From: an uncultured Candidatus Saccharibacteria bacterium
Lineage (GTDB): Bacteria; Patescibacteriota; Minisyncoccia; Phycocordibacterales; JAKAEA01
NCBI GenBank assembly: GCA_964532205.1
Contig: CAZHGQ010000001.1
Span: 49,962 to 113,961, forward strand
Direction of reading: 5' to 3'
DNA length: 64,000 bases
Shown: positions 1 through 11,425 of the stretch, piece after piece
How the letters are laid out: the number at the start of each line of letters is the position of its first letter
How positions within the stretch are numbered: position 1 is the first letter of the stretch
Translations under genes and position numbers: made by a program
The notes under the pieces: model-generated
The model's input: only the letters and a program-made list of their open reading frames with translations
Databases searched by the model: none
Told to the model about the DNA's origin: nothing

Positions 1-207
1 TTAAAGATTTTGGAAGATCATGGCGTGAAGGAAGTAAATCCAATTGGTCAAAAGTTTGACCCAATGCGTGACGAAGCCATTGAACATGTAGTTGTAACAG
101 ATGAGGCCCAGGATCATATCATTACCGATGTTGTTCAGAAGGGTTATACATTAAACGGTAAGAGTCTTAAAGCGCCTCGCGTCAAAGTTGGTGAATTCAA
201 GAAATAA
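1..207 (+). CDS. grpE: GrpE nucleotide exchange factor, C-terminal fragment (5' end outside window)
   Basis: Open frame from base 1 translates LKILEDHGVKEVNPIGQKFDPMRDEAIEHV..., a typical GrpE C-terminal domain; sits directly upstream of dnaK-dnaJ. Confidence 0.75.
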   Translation, partial: LKILEDHGVKEVNPIGQKFDPMRDEAIEHVVVTDEAQDHIITDVVQKGYTLNGKSLKAPRVKVGEFKK

Positions 208-225
208 TTTGGTATACTAGTAGAA

Positions 226-540
226 ATGTTTGAACTTCAAACAAAACGAAATATCCGTTGCTTTACTGTTGAACGCGCCACGGTTCGACTGGTTTTTGCC
301 GCACTTGTTGAGGTTCAAAATGGGGTAGAGGTTTTGGTTTCAGAACCAAAGCTTATCAAAGTGTTGCCAAAGGCTACTGCTACTTTACCGGCTGGTAAAA
401 AGCCTATCTTGGCTTTGCCAGGCATCGAAACACAGGTGGCCCACACGACTCCGGCTTACGTTTCACCCTTTGTCTCACTTCTTTTTGGTAATTCAGAACT
501 TGTTATAAACTTAGCACCCCAACCACCAACTCGAAACTAA
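226..540 (+). CDS. hypothetical ORF in grpE-dnaK gap (doubtful)
   Basis: 104-aa ORF with no recognisable motifs and a P-rich low-complexity end; may be spurious. Confidence 0.2.
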   Translation: MFELQTKRNIRCFTVERATVRLVFAALVEVQNGVEVLVSEPKLIKVLPKATATLPAGKKPILALPGIETQVAHTTPAYVSPFVSLLFGNSELVINLAPQPPTRN

Positions 541-575
541 TTTTGATTGTTTATTAATCTTAATTAGTTTTAACT

Positions 576-2447
<1,872 letters not shown>

Positions 2448-2454
2448 AGCAAAA

Positions 2455-2497
2455 GGCGGCCGAGCTGTGCTCGGCCGCCGACGCTTTGCGTCTTTCA
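2455..2497 (+). terminator. hairpin terminator after dnaK
   Basis: GGCGGCCGAGC-tgt-GCTCGGCCGCC perfect 11-bp stem 8 nt after the dnaK TAA, followed by a second small hairpin and a T-rich stretch. Confidence 0.5.
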
Positions 2498-2681
2498 AAA
2501 ACCATATCGGAGGAAGTACGCTAAACAAACCATGGAAATCAAAAGGACGGTTACCTTGAACGCATCGTACCACGTCATATCCTCCGTTACGGATTTCTGA
2601 GACTCGTAGTACCGTTCATCATTCTCTGTCATAAAACCACCCTTCTGTCAATATAGTACCATATCTTAGAAATTAATCAAA

Positions 2682-3755
2682 ATGGCTAAAAATTATTACG
2701 AAACCCTGGGAGTCGAGAAAAATGCCTCAAAAGAGGACATAAAAAAGGCCTTTCGCAAAATGGCTCATCAGTATCACCCTGACAAACAAGGTGGTAACGC
2801 TGAGAAATTTAAAGAAGTAAATGAGGCTTATTCGGTGTTGTCTGATGATCAAAAACGAGACCAATACGATCGTTATGGCAAAACCTTTAGCGATATGGGT
2901 GGTGGCGCTGGCTTCAATCCAAATGACTTTGGTTTTGATTTCTCTGGCATGGGTGGCAGTCAATTTCAGGATTTTGATATCGGTGATATTTTTGGTCAAT
3001 TTTTCGGTGGCGGCCGTGGTGGCCGACGCGAGAAACGTGGTTCTGATATTCAGGTTGATGTCGAAGTTGCTTTTGCCGAAGCGGTTTTTGGTGTCGACAA
3101 GGTTGTTAACATCAACAAAACATCTGTTTGTGAAGTTTGTCAGGGTTCGGGTGCAGAACCCAATACTGAGGTTAAAACCTGTGATACCTGTAAAGGTAAG
3201 GGTCAGATCAATGAAACACGCCAGTCAATTTTTGGGGCTATGGCTAGTGTGCGTGAGTGTCCAACCTGTCATGGTAAGGGCAAGATGCCGACGGTGAAGT
3301 GTAAAAACTGTCGCGGTGCTGGCATTTACAAAAAGCAAACTGAGATTAAGTTTGCCGTACCGGCCGGCATCAATAACGGTGAGATGTTGCGAGTCGTTGG
3401 TTCAGGTGAAGCTATTGAAGGCGGTACGACCGGCGATCTTTATATCCGTATCCATGTGCGCCGACATCCGACATTAACTAAGGAAGGCAACAACCTGTTT
3501 ATGGAACGCACCATTAAACTTACAACTGCACTTTCAGGCGGTGAAGAAGAAATTGAAACACTTGATGGCCCGCTGACTTTGAAAATCCCAGCCGGCATCG
3601 CTTTTGGTGAACTACTTCGGGTAAAGGGTAAGGGTGTACCGACAAGTAAGAGCTCGAGAGGTGATTTATTGGTCAAAATCCACATTCAGATTCCAGCTAA
3701 ACTCTCCAAAAAAGCCGCTAAGTTAGTGGATGAATTGAAAGGCGAGGGGGTTTAA
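2682..3755 (+). CDS. dnaJ: molecular chaperone DnaJ
   Basis: J domain with HPD (YHPDK), G/F-rich linker, four CxxCxGxG zinc-finger repeats. Confidence 0.95.
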   Translation: MAKNYYETLGVEKNASKEDIKKAFRKMAHQYHPDKQGGNAEKFKEVNEAYSVLSDDQKRDQYDRYGKTFSDMGGGAGFNPNDFGFDFSGMGGSQFQDFDIGDIFGQFFGGGRGGRREKRGSDIQVDVEVAFAEAVFGVDKVVNINKTSVCEVCQGSGAEPNTEVKTCDTCKGKGQINETRQSIFGAMASVRECPTCHGKGKMPTVKCKNCRGAGIYKKQTEIKFAVPAGINNGEMLRVVGSGEAIEGGTTGDLYIRIHVRRHPTLTKEGNNLFMERTIKLTTALSGGEEEIETLDGPLTLKIPAGIAFGELLRVKGKGVPTSKSSRGDLLVKIHIQIPAKLSKKAAKLVDELKGEGV

Positions 3756-4008
3756 TCACACTAGTTTACATTGTTAAAAACTTATAAACAGGCTACAATA
3801 GAAGTGTAGTCTGTTATGATACATCGACAAAATATTGTAAATACTTGCCATGTTTTGTTATGTATGTTATATTATATGCAATGCAGAACGCAGTAATTAT
3901 TAGATTAAATGATAGTCCACTTGCCCCTCTGAGTGTAGGGGGTGCAGTTTACAATTTCATGGTTTAGATATTGGCGCCGTCTTAGGGCGTCATTTTTTTA
4001 GAAAGAAA

Positions 4009-5559
4009 ATGTCACGTTCAACACTAAATATTCCGGAATCGTACAAGCGCGAAATTAAAATGCGCAAGGAGGTTGCCGAAAAGCAATTAAATTTTATTTA
4101 CGACAAAAAAAGCGACTTCTGGAAAAAAGAACAGGAGCGTCGAATGCTCGATTTGTTTCATACATCTGCAAAAAAAGTTGCTGCCTATAAGGATTTTATA
4201 AAAAAAGCCCGCGTTCATCCTGAGAAAATCCAGTCAATTGAAGATTTTCAGAAAGTTCTACCTGTAAACAAAGATAATTACCTCAGAAGTTATCCTTGGG
4301 AGAAACTTTGTATGCCAGGTTCATTGATTGAGCAATCACTTGTTCTCACTTCAACCTCAGGTTCAACCGGTCGACCATTCTATTTCCCTCGAAATGGTAT
4401 CCTTGATGCTCAATCATCGATTTACCACCAGATGTTCATACGTAATAGCAATCTTGATGTAAATAAATCAACGTTAGTGCTTGTCTGTTTCGGTATGGGT
4501 GTCTGGATCGGTGGCGTGATTACGTATCAGGCTTTCAAAACTATTTCTGAGCGTGGTTATCCATTAACTATTCTGACTCCAGGTGTAAATAAGCGTGAAA
4601 TTTACGAAGCGCTCAAGAATGTTGGTCCACAATATGACCAGATTATTATGTGTGGCTATCCACCATTCATGAAGGATGTTGTTGATGAGGCTAAAGAGAA
4701 TGGTGTAAATTGGAGCGATTTCAATATCCGGATGATTTTCGCTGCTGAATCGTTCTCTGAAAAATTCCGCGACTATATTATGAAGAAAACTGGCATGAAA
4801 AACCCATATCAGGACACGATGAACATTTACGGTAGTGCTGACTTGGGAACGATGGCTGAGGAAACGCCCGTTGCAATCTTAATCCGTCGACTGGCGCTTA
4901 AGCATAAACGAATTTATACAAAGTTATTCGGTCAGGCCACCCGCTTGCCAACATTTGCTCAGTACATTCCAATGTTCATAAACTTTGAGTGTACAAACAA
5001 TCGCGTGTACTGTACTGGTGATAATGTGTTACCACTCGTGCGTTATGAAATCGGTGACAATGGTGGCACCTGGTACTTTAAAGATGTTGAAAAGATCTTC
5101 GAGGAAGAGGGAATTAATCTTCGTGATGAAGCAAAAAATGTTGGCATAGATCATACAATTGCTGAACTACCATTTGTCTACGTCTACGAACGAACAGATC
5201 TCTCGACAAAACTTTACGGTGCTATTATTTATCCTGAGTACGTCAAGGTTGCTTTGCAAGAACATGCTATTGAAAAATACATTACTGGTAAATTTACAAT
5301 GTACACTAAACATGACGAAAGACAGGACGAGTATCTGGAAATTAACGTTGAGTTAAAGCCAGGTATTATTGAGTCATCATGGTTAAAGGAAGAAGTTACG
5401 AAATTAATTTCAGGTTCACTCTCACATCACAGCGCTGAACACAAGAACAATGTTCACATGCTCAATGGCAAAGTCACACCACGCATTGTGTTCTGGCCTC
5501 ATGAGCACCCAACACACTTCCAAACTGGTATTAAGCAAAAGTGGGTGAAGTCAGTTTAA
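4009..5559 (+). CDS. adenylate-forming enzyme, PaaK / coenzyme F390 synthetase / CapK-like (ANL superfamily)
   Basis: 516 aa. N-terminal-third motif LTSTSGSTGRPFYFP resembles the SSGTTGKP phosphate-binding loop of phenylacetate-CoA ligase family proteins. Exact substrate unknown. Confidence 0.55.
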   Translation: MSRSTLNIPESYKREIKMRKEVAEKQLNFIYDKKSDFWKKEQERRMLDLFHTSAKKVAAYKDFIKKARVHPEKIQSIEDFQKVLPVNKDNYLRSYPWEKLCMPGSLIEQSLVLTSTSGSTGRPFYFPRNGILDAQSSIYHQMFIRNSNLDVNKSTLVLVCFGMGVWIGGVITYQAFKTISERGYPLTILTPGVNKREIYEALKNVGPQYDQIIMCGYPPFMKDVVDEAKENGVNWSDFNIRMIFAAESFSEKFRDYIMKKTGMKNPYQDTMNIYGSADLGTMAEETPVAILIRRLALKHKRIYTKLFGQATRLPTFAQYIPMFINFECTNNRVYCTGDNVLPLVRYEIGDNGGTWYFKDVEKIFEEEGINLRDEAKNVGIDHTIAELPFVYVYERTDLSTKLYGAIIYPEYVKVALQEHAIEKYITGKFTMYTKHDERQDEYLEINVELKPGIIESSWLKEEVTKLISGSLSHHSAEHKNNVHMLNGKVTPRIVFWPHEHPTHFQTGIKQKWVKSV

Positions 5560-5580
5560 TTATTGTAATAAATTAAAAAT

Positions 5581-6762
5581 ATGTCTGATATACAAAAGCA
5601 ACTAGATGGTAAAAAAGACAATAAACATTTAAAACCCGAATTTTTTAATTTATCCAAACCGGCTGATGCTAAAAAAGTTGAAGAACTTCTGGCAAATGGC
5701 AAAATCCAGTACACGATTGACGACTACGAAGAACTCAACCTAGAGCTTTTCGGTGTAAAAAACCCCTCAAAGGTTTACACTCCCACATTTAAACAAGAAT
5801 TTAAGGATTATTACGAAAGCCTACAAAAAGAGAAGCCACTTCACGAACATGGTGTTTGGGTGTACTATCCTTGGTCTTCAAAATTAGTCCATATTCTTGA
5901 GGAATCAGACTATTTCCTTGTCCGAACTGCCCGAAATAAAAATCTTATCAACGCTCAAGAACAAGAGGCTTTCTACAATGCTAAAGTCGGTATCGGTGGT
6001 CTAAGTGTTGGTTCAAGTGTGGCCTTTGCACTTGTGTTGCAAGGTGGCCCAAAGCGCATCAAGCTCGCCGACATGGATAGATTAGCGCTTTCAAACACAA
6101 ACAGAATTCTATCAGGTGTTGAAAATCTTGGTGTGCTTAAGGTTGAAATGGCTGCCAGAAAAATTTATGAAATAAATCCTTACGCTGAAGTTGAGCTTTT
6201 CCCGGAAGGTTTAAATAAAAATAATATTGAAGTATTTTGTAAGGACCTTGATGTGGTTATCGATGAACTCGACAACTTAGCTGTTAAGTTTTTGATCCGT
6301 GAACAGGCCAAAAAGCATAAGTTGCCTGTTGTGATGGCTGCGGATAACGGTGACAACGCTGTTGTGGATGTGGAGCGATATGATCTTGATCCAAACCTGC
6401 CCTTTTTCCAGGGTAGAATGGGCGATGTAAGCTATGAAATGCTTTCAACACTTGATAAATTTGGTATTGGCAAGATGATTACCAAACATGTTGGCGCAGA
6501 AAATGTCACAGAGCGAATGCAACAGTCTCTTTTGGAAATGGGTAAGACCATTGTTTCGTGGCCTCAGCTAGGAGGCGCAGCGCTAATAAACGGTGCGGCG
6601 GTGGCCTATTGTGTTCGAAAAATACTGAATAAACAGTCTCTTGAGAAAGACCGATCTCTTATTAACATGGATAGCTTGCTTGATCCGCACTACAATACAC
6701 CAGAGCAGGTGGCTCACCGAGAGAAAATTGCTTCCGACTTTAAGAAGATTTTTGGGCTTTAG
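5581..6762 (+). CDS. ThiF/MoeB/E1-like adenylyltransferase family protein with N- and C-terminal extensions
   Basis: Rossmann motif VGIGGLSVGS followed by ADMDRLALSNTNR (matches the ThiF D-x-D-x-x-x-x-SNLNRQ signature). 393 aa, longer than ThiF/MoeB. Confidence 0.7.
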   Translation: MSDIQKQLDGKKDNKHLKPEFFNLSKPADAKKVEELLANGKIQYTIDDYEELNLELFGVKNPSKVYTPTFKQEFKDYYESLQKEKPLHEHGVWVYYPWSSKLVHILEESDYFLVRTARNKNLINAQEQEAFYNAKVGIGGLSVGSSVAFALVLQGGPKRIKLADMDRLALSNTNRILSGVENLGVLKVEMAARKIYEINPYAEVELFPEGLNKNNIEVFCKDLDVVIDELDNLAVKFLIREQAKKHKLPVVMAADNGDNAVVDVERYDLDPNLPFFQGRMGDVSYEMLSTLDKFGIGKMITKHVGAENVTERMQQSLLEMGKTIVSWPQLGGAALINGAAVAYCVRKILNKQSLEKDRSLINMDSLLDPHYNTPEQVAHREKIASDFKKIFGL

Positions 6763-7420
6763 GAGGGGATTTGGTCTTGTCTTGACTTGCTAAGTCAAAC
6801 AGTGCCTTTACTATTGAGGCAATTTCTTGATTTTCAATCATAATTCCAAATTTTTTATTCTGTGAAGAAATTGAAACTCTGTTTAGATATATATTTAGAT
6901 CATAATCGTCCTTAGTGTCTTCCTTTAAGTTTTCAATCCCCTTAACTTGAATTCCATTAGTTGTTTTTTTGGCTCTAACATGTGACATCCTACGTAGAAT
7001 ATCACCAGCCTCATTGTTAATTAAACTTGGAAATATGTTTTTAACCCCCTCCTCACCATCAAATAGAGTAATTCTTGGTCTGTGAGTATCTGAGCTTAAT
7101 TTGATTAAATCTGGAACCAACTTCTCGATATCTGAATGAATATTTTTTTGTTTCTGTTCGAGTTTTGAGACCATGATTAATAGATCCTCAGGGCTAAGCG
7201 GGCTATATTTCTTTATCTTTTTACCTCTTCCACCTTCATTTTTTTCTTTAATTAGACCTTTATTTATTAGTGATTCAGCGACATTGTATAGTGTTGTACG
7301 GTTAATTTTTGAAAGCATAGAGATGTCCTGAATACTTAAGGTTCCATTTTCAAGCAATACCAAGTACATTTTTGCCTCAGATTCACTCAAATCTAATTTT
7401 TTAAGAATTTCCTCAAACAT
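6740..7420 (-). CDS. TrmB-family HTH transcriptional regulator
   Basis: N-terminal wHTH resembling TrmB (LSESEAKMYLVLLENGTLSIQDISMLSKINRTTLYNVAESLINKGLI). Confidence 0.6.
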   Translation of the reverse strand: MFEEILKKLDLSESEAKMYLVLLENGTLSIQDISMLSKINRTTLYNVAESLINKGLIKEKNEGGRGKKIKKYSPLSPEDLLIMVSKLEQKQKNIHSDIEKLVPDLIKLSSDTHRPRITLFDGEEGVKNIFPSLINNEAGDILRRMSHVRAKKTTNGIQVKGIENLKEDTKDDYDLNIYLNRVSISSQNKKFGIMIENQEIASIVKALFDLASQDKTKSPPKAQKSS

Positions 7421-8193
7421 TATTGCTTCTTAGTTTGTAATTTTTCTGCTGTTATATATGCTTGATCAAAAAGTTTTCTAAACATCTCCGATATTTCATT
7501 GCTCTCAATAATGATGGCGAACATCTCTTTTGTCGACATTAAGCCAACCTTATTATCATAGATGGCAACGTCAGCTGGTAACTTGAGGCTTTCAGTTGGT
7601 ACTAATACAATATCGTCAAAATTAATATTTGGATGATGTCGCATCATTTCAATCGCAGCATAATCCAGTGGATGAATTCCTCTCATTTTGATATTTCTAG
7701 AAAATCTCTTAGATACGTACTCAGGCAAATACCCTGGTAATGTCTGAAAAATATCACCTACCGAAGAAGATATTCGAACAAGTGTATTTTTAGACTTTAA
7801 AGTATCCTCAAAGGCTTCAATTAAGCCGTCCCTTCCCTCAAGTAACCGTACCTTCGGTTTATGTTTTGATGTTGAGTACAAGGTACTTAGCTCAACGATT
7901 GATCTTTCTAATGAGTTTCTAACAGAACTATATTTCTCAATCATTTTTTTTGAATGATTAACAAGGACCTCGGGTGAAACAGCGGTGTATCTTTTGATTC
8001 CTGTTGCTGAAGTTATGTTCACCAAACCTTTTTTAATTAACGAATCAAGTACAACATATATGGTAGTTCTGTTAAATCCAGTCTTGAGAGAAAGGTTCCT
8101 AACAATAGTTTGACCAGATTTAAGTAGCTCGAGATATAAGCGAGCTTCATTTGAAGAAAGACCGAATTTTAATAAAATCTCTTCAGGAAGCAT
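7420..8193 (-). CDS. TrmB-family HTH transcriptional regulator (tandem paralog)
   Basis: N-terminal wHTH LSSNEARLYLELLKSGQTIVRNLSLKTGFNRTTIYVVLDSLIKKGLV, same architecture as the downstream gene. Confidence 0.6.
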   Translation of the reverse strand: MLPEEILLKFGLSSNEARLYLELLKSGQTIVRNLSLKTGFNRTTIYVVLDSLIKKGLVNITSATGIKRYTAVSPEVLVNHSKKMIEKYSSVRNSLERSIVELSTLYSTSKHKPKVRLLEGRDGLIEAFEDTLKSKNTLVRISSSVGDIFQTLPGYLPEYVSKRFSRNIKMRGIHPLDYAAIEMMRHHPNINFDDIVLVPTESLKLPADVAIYDNKVGLMSTKEMFAIIIESNEISEMFRKLFDQAYITAEKLQTKKQ

Positions 8194-8270
8194 TTGTTGT
8201 CAGAGTATAACATCAAAACTAAATTTTATCAACTATAACGCTAACTTTAGAATACTGTTATAATCACTTT

Positions 8271-9293
8271 ATGAAATCAAACTATTCCGCATGGAAGATA
8301 GACCATAAAGAGTTCGAAAAACAAAATACGGGTATTGAAAGGCTACGATTTTTAATTAGGTACGCTGTATTAGCGCCCTCAAGTCATAATACTCAGCCTT
8401 GGTATTTTAAAATATCCCAAAATCGAATATCAGTTTTTAAGGATAAAAGTAAATTGTTACCAATTGCAGATACAAATGACAGACAGTCAACAATTAGCAT
8501 TGGTTGTGCAATTCAAAATATTTTAACTGCTGCGCACTGCTATGGTTTTAATACGAGACTTGATTTTATAGAAAAGGAGCATTCTGATTCGTTGGTAGAC
8601 ATTATTTTTGAAGAATTTGAAATAGAACGTCCACATAATTACGAGGTACTAAGGTTAATTTCTCAGCGCAGAAGTAATCGCGGTAAACACACTACCGATG
8701 TGATTCCTCAATCTATTTTAAATGAAATTAAACAAATCACCTTTGAGGACGTAAAGCTTTTTATTATTGATAAACAAGAAATGGTAAATGAGCTAGGTGA
8801 AATTGCTGTTGCAGCATCAATCGAATCCATGGTCAGTGATGAATTTAGAGCAGAATTATCACACCATGTAAAACATAACTTTACTAAGTCTAAGGTTGGT
8901 ATGCCTGGTTTTAGTCAGGGAATACCTGCCCCCATATCTTTTATTCTGCCGGGTTTGTTAAAACGCTTTAATATGGAAAAAGTTGCTGAAAAACAAAATA
9001 TTAATCTATTTCAGAAGTGGACAAAGTACCTACTTATTATTGCCTCAAAAAATGACACCGAGAAAGACTGGATTAATGTAGGAAGATTGTACGAGTTAAT
9101 ATCGTTTATTTGTACTAAACATACAATAGCATTGGCACCGTGGGGTGCACCGATTCAAATTGGCTTACACTTCACAGCAATACAAAAAGTTATAAATACT
9201 GATTATCGACCTCAAATGTTTGTTAGAATGGGTATTACAAAGCATAAGGCAAGATTTTCACCAAGGGTTCCATTTAATGAGGTAATAAAATAA
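8271..9293 (+). CDS. two-domain nitroreductase-family (FMN-binding, Acg/SagB-like fold) protein
   Basis: N-terminal LRFLIRYAVLAPSSHNTQPWYF is the nitroreductase-fold signature. 340 aa suggests the duplicated-domain type. TGTTATAAT -10 lies only 7 nt before the ATG (leaderless-like). Confidence 0.6.
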   Translation: MKSNYSAWKIDHKEFEKQNTGIERLRFLIRYAVLAPSSHNTQPWYFKISQNRISVFKDKSKLLPIADTNDRQSTISIGCAIQNILTAAHCYGFNTRLDFIEKEHSDSLVDIIFEEFEIERPHNYEVLRLISQRRSNRGKHTTDVIPQSILNEIKQITFEDVKLFIIDKQEMVNELGEIAVAASIESMVSDEFRAELSHHVKHNFTKSKVGMPGFSQGIPAPISFILPGLLKRFNMEKVAEKQNINLFQKWTKYLLIIASKNDTEKDWINVGRLYELISFICTKHTIALAPWGAPIQIGLHFTAIQKVINTDYRPQMFVRMGITKHKARFSPRVPFNEVIK

Positions 9294-9298
9294 ATAAA

Positions 9299-10885
9299 AT
9301 GTCCGGATTTTTAAATATTGACCTGTTAAGCGTTGGTGTTGCGATTGCAGGAAATTTGTTAATTGGATTTGCAGCACTATTTTCAAATAAGAGGAATGCG
9401 ACAAATATATTATTTTTGCTTCAAACACTAATTCTTTCTTTGTGGAGTTTGGCTAATTATATTTCATATCAACCACACGACCCAACACTTGCATTATTTC
9501 TTGTAAGAATAGTTCTTTTCTTGGCTGTGCCAAATTCAATTATCTTCCTTATATTCATGCATACGTTTCCGTCGGAAAGTTTAAAAATGAGTAAGAGGAC
9601 ACTAATCGCTTTGATAATTGTATCTATCGTAACTATGGGGATCACCCTTTCACCATTTCTATTTCAAAAAGTTGTAATTAATAATACTGGTGCGCCCACT
9701 CCAGTACCGGGTGTAGGAATCATACCTTTCTTTGTAGTAAGTATTATTTCCTTACCACTTGGCTTTTATTACTTAGTAAAAAATTATTTTTTTGCAAAAG
9801 CAGACGAGAAAAAGCAATTTGCTTTTTTGCTGTTAGGTGTTGTGATCACTTTTACGACAATAATGACTTTTAATTTTATTTTCCCTAGTTTTCTCAAGAA
9901 TTCACGCTTTATTCCTCTGAGTGCCGTTTTTACCTTACCGTTTGTAATCTTTACTGCATACGCAATATATAAATATAAGCTATTTAAAATCAAGGACATC
10001 TTCACCGTCTTCATTGCGCTGGCATTGACGGTTGTAACATTCGTCGAAATTATCTTCTCCGTAGGTCTTCCTCAGGTTATTTTCCGAGTCAGCATCTTCA
10101 CAATCGTTCTGATCTTCAGCATTCGTATGATCCGTGACATGTTTGCGCTTGAATTCGCCAACGAGCGGCTCAAGGAACTCGACAAAATGAAGTCCGAGTT
10201 CGTCTCGCTGGCCACCCACCAAATCCGCGCGCCATTGACCGCTATTAAAGGCTACATTTCGCTCATTCAGGAAGGGGACTACGGCCAAGTACCAGCACCA
10301 ATTGCCGGCGCCATCGACATTATCATGCAGTCGACAAATAACCTGGTTACTATTGTTGGCGATTTCCTCGATGTCTCACGTATTGAACTCGGCCGCATGA
10401 AGTATGACTATTCTGATTTTGACTTCCAGGAGCTCGTGCAGCAAGTTGTGACTGAATACAAGCCAAATGTCGAGAAGAAAGGTCTCAATTTCAGCTACAG
10501 TTTTGATCAAAGCAAGCAGTACATGGTCCACGCTGATCGCGGCAAGATCAAGCAGGTTATTGGTAACATTATCGACAACTCTATCAAGTACACGTTGCAA
10601 GGATTCGTTAAAGTTGAACTCGGCTTTTCAAAAACAAGTCCGAATAGCGTTTTGGTCAAGGTTTATGACAGCGGTGTTGGTATTCCGGCAGCCACAATTC
10701 CAAAACTCTTCCAAAAATTTACTCGTGCGGAAAATGCCAACGATGCCAATATTCTCGGTACTGGCCTAGGTCTTTATGTGGCTAAACAAATGATTGATGC
10801 TCATCAGGGCAAACTCTGGGCTGAATCTGAGGGACAGGGTAAGGGGGCGCAGTTCTATATTGAGTTGCCGGTTAAGGGTGTGTAG
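9299..10885 (+). CDS. membrane sensor histidine kinase (no adjacent response regulator)
   Basis: About 7 N-terminal TM helices, HisKA H-box SEFVSLATHQIRAPL, HATPase_c G-boxes GVGIP and GTGLGLYVAKQMI. Confidence 0.85.
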   Translation: MSGFLNIDLLSVGVAIAGNLLIGFAALFSNKRNATNILFLLQTLILSLWSLANYISYQPHDPTLALFLVRIVLFLAVPNSIIFLIFMHTFPSESLKMSKRTLIALIIVSIVTMGITLSPFLFQKVVINNTGAPTPVPGVGIIPFFVVSIISLPLGFYYLVKNYFFAKADEKKQFAFLLLGVVITFTTIMTFNFIFPSFLKNSRFIPLSAVFTLPFVIFTAYAIYKYKLFKIKDIFTVFIALALTVVTFVEIIFSVGLPQVIFRVSIFTIVLIFSIRMIRDMFALEFANERLKELDKMKSEFVSLATHQIRAPLTAIKGYISLIQEGDYGQVPAPIAGAIDIIMQSTNNLVTIVGDFLDVSRIELGRMKYDYSDFDFQELVQQVVTEYKPNVEKKGLNFSYSFDQSKQYMVHADRGKIKQVIGNIIDNSIKYTLQGFVKVELGFSKTSPNSVLVKVYDSGVGIPAATIPKLFQKFTRAENANDANILGTGLGLYVAKQMIDAHQGKLWAESEGQGKGAQFYIELPVKGV

Positions 10886-11201
10886 ATTCCTGTAAGTAAT
10901 CAATCACTCCTTGGCGGATATACCAGGTAAAATAGGTACCAAAATAAAATAAGTCTTGTCTTCGTTCCATCATGTCATGAGCATGTCGAATATAATTCCG
11001 ACTGGCTTGCGGAAAGTATTTCCAGCCAGCCGACATTAACGCCTCGATATATTTGGTTTTAATGAAATGCTTTTTTGCATATTGGCGTACAACATTTTTA
11101 ATGAGACCACTAAAATATCGTCGACATTCCAGCTCATTAATTTCGTTTAATTGTGCGTTTTCTATAAGCTCTAATTCTTTTTGAAATCGTTTATCAAACA
11201 T
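10872..11201 (-). CDS. hypothetical protein
   Basis: 109-aa ORF overlapping the kinase stop by 14 nt; no recognisable motif. Confidence 0.35.
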   Translation of the reverse strand: MFDKRFQKELELIENAQLNEINELECRRYFSGLIKNVVRQYAKKHFIKTKYIEALMSAGWKYFPQASRNYIRHAHDMMERRQDLFYFGTYFTWYIRQGVIDYLQESTHP

Positions 11202-11248
11202 TGGATGTATTTTATAAAAACCGATGGAGTTTATCCATCGGTTGCAGT

Positions 11249-11425
11249 TTATTTGTCCTTACTGCCTGGACTTGGCAAATCTTTTGCCCATTCAGGTGCA
11301 TCACGTGGCACTGGATCCTTTCCGGTTTCAGCTTTTTCAATAGCGTGATCGATCATTGCTTCACGCTCAGCACTATTTGTTGCTGGATTACCTTCATGAG
11401 ATCCACCTTTATCAGACGGACACAT
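11249..11425 (-). CDS. small hypothetical protein (58 aa), below the ORF-track size cutoff
   Basis: Minus-strand ORF MCPSDKGGSHEGNPATNSAEREAMIDHAIEKAETGKDPVPRDAPEWAKDLPSPGSKDK preceded by a strong SD (AAAGGAG, 7 nt before ATG). The overlapping plus-strand 87-aa ORF is W/C/F-rich and looks spurious. Confidence 0.4.
   Translation of the reverse strand: MCPSDKGGSHEGNPATNSAEREAMIDHAIEKAETGKDPVPRDAPEWAKDLPSPGSKDK

Noticed and set aside
2727-3685. ORFs overlapping dnaJ (2727-2999 minus, 2821-3297 plus, 3440-3685 minus)
   Set aside because: Alternative-frame artefacts of the dnaJ coding region.
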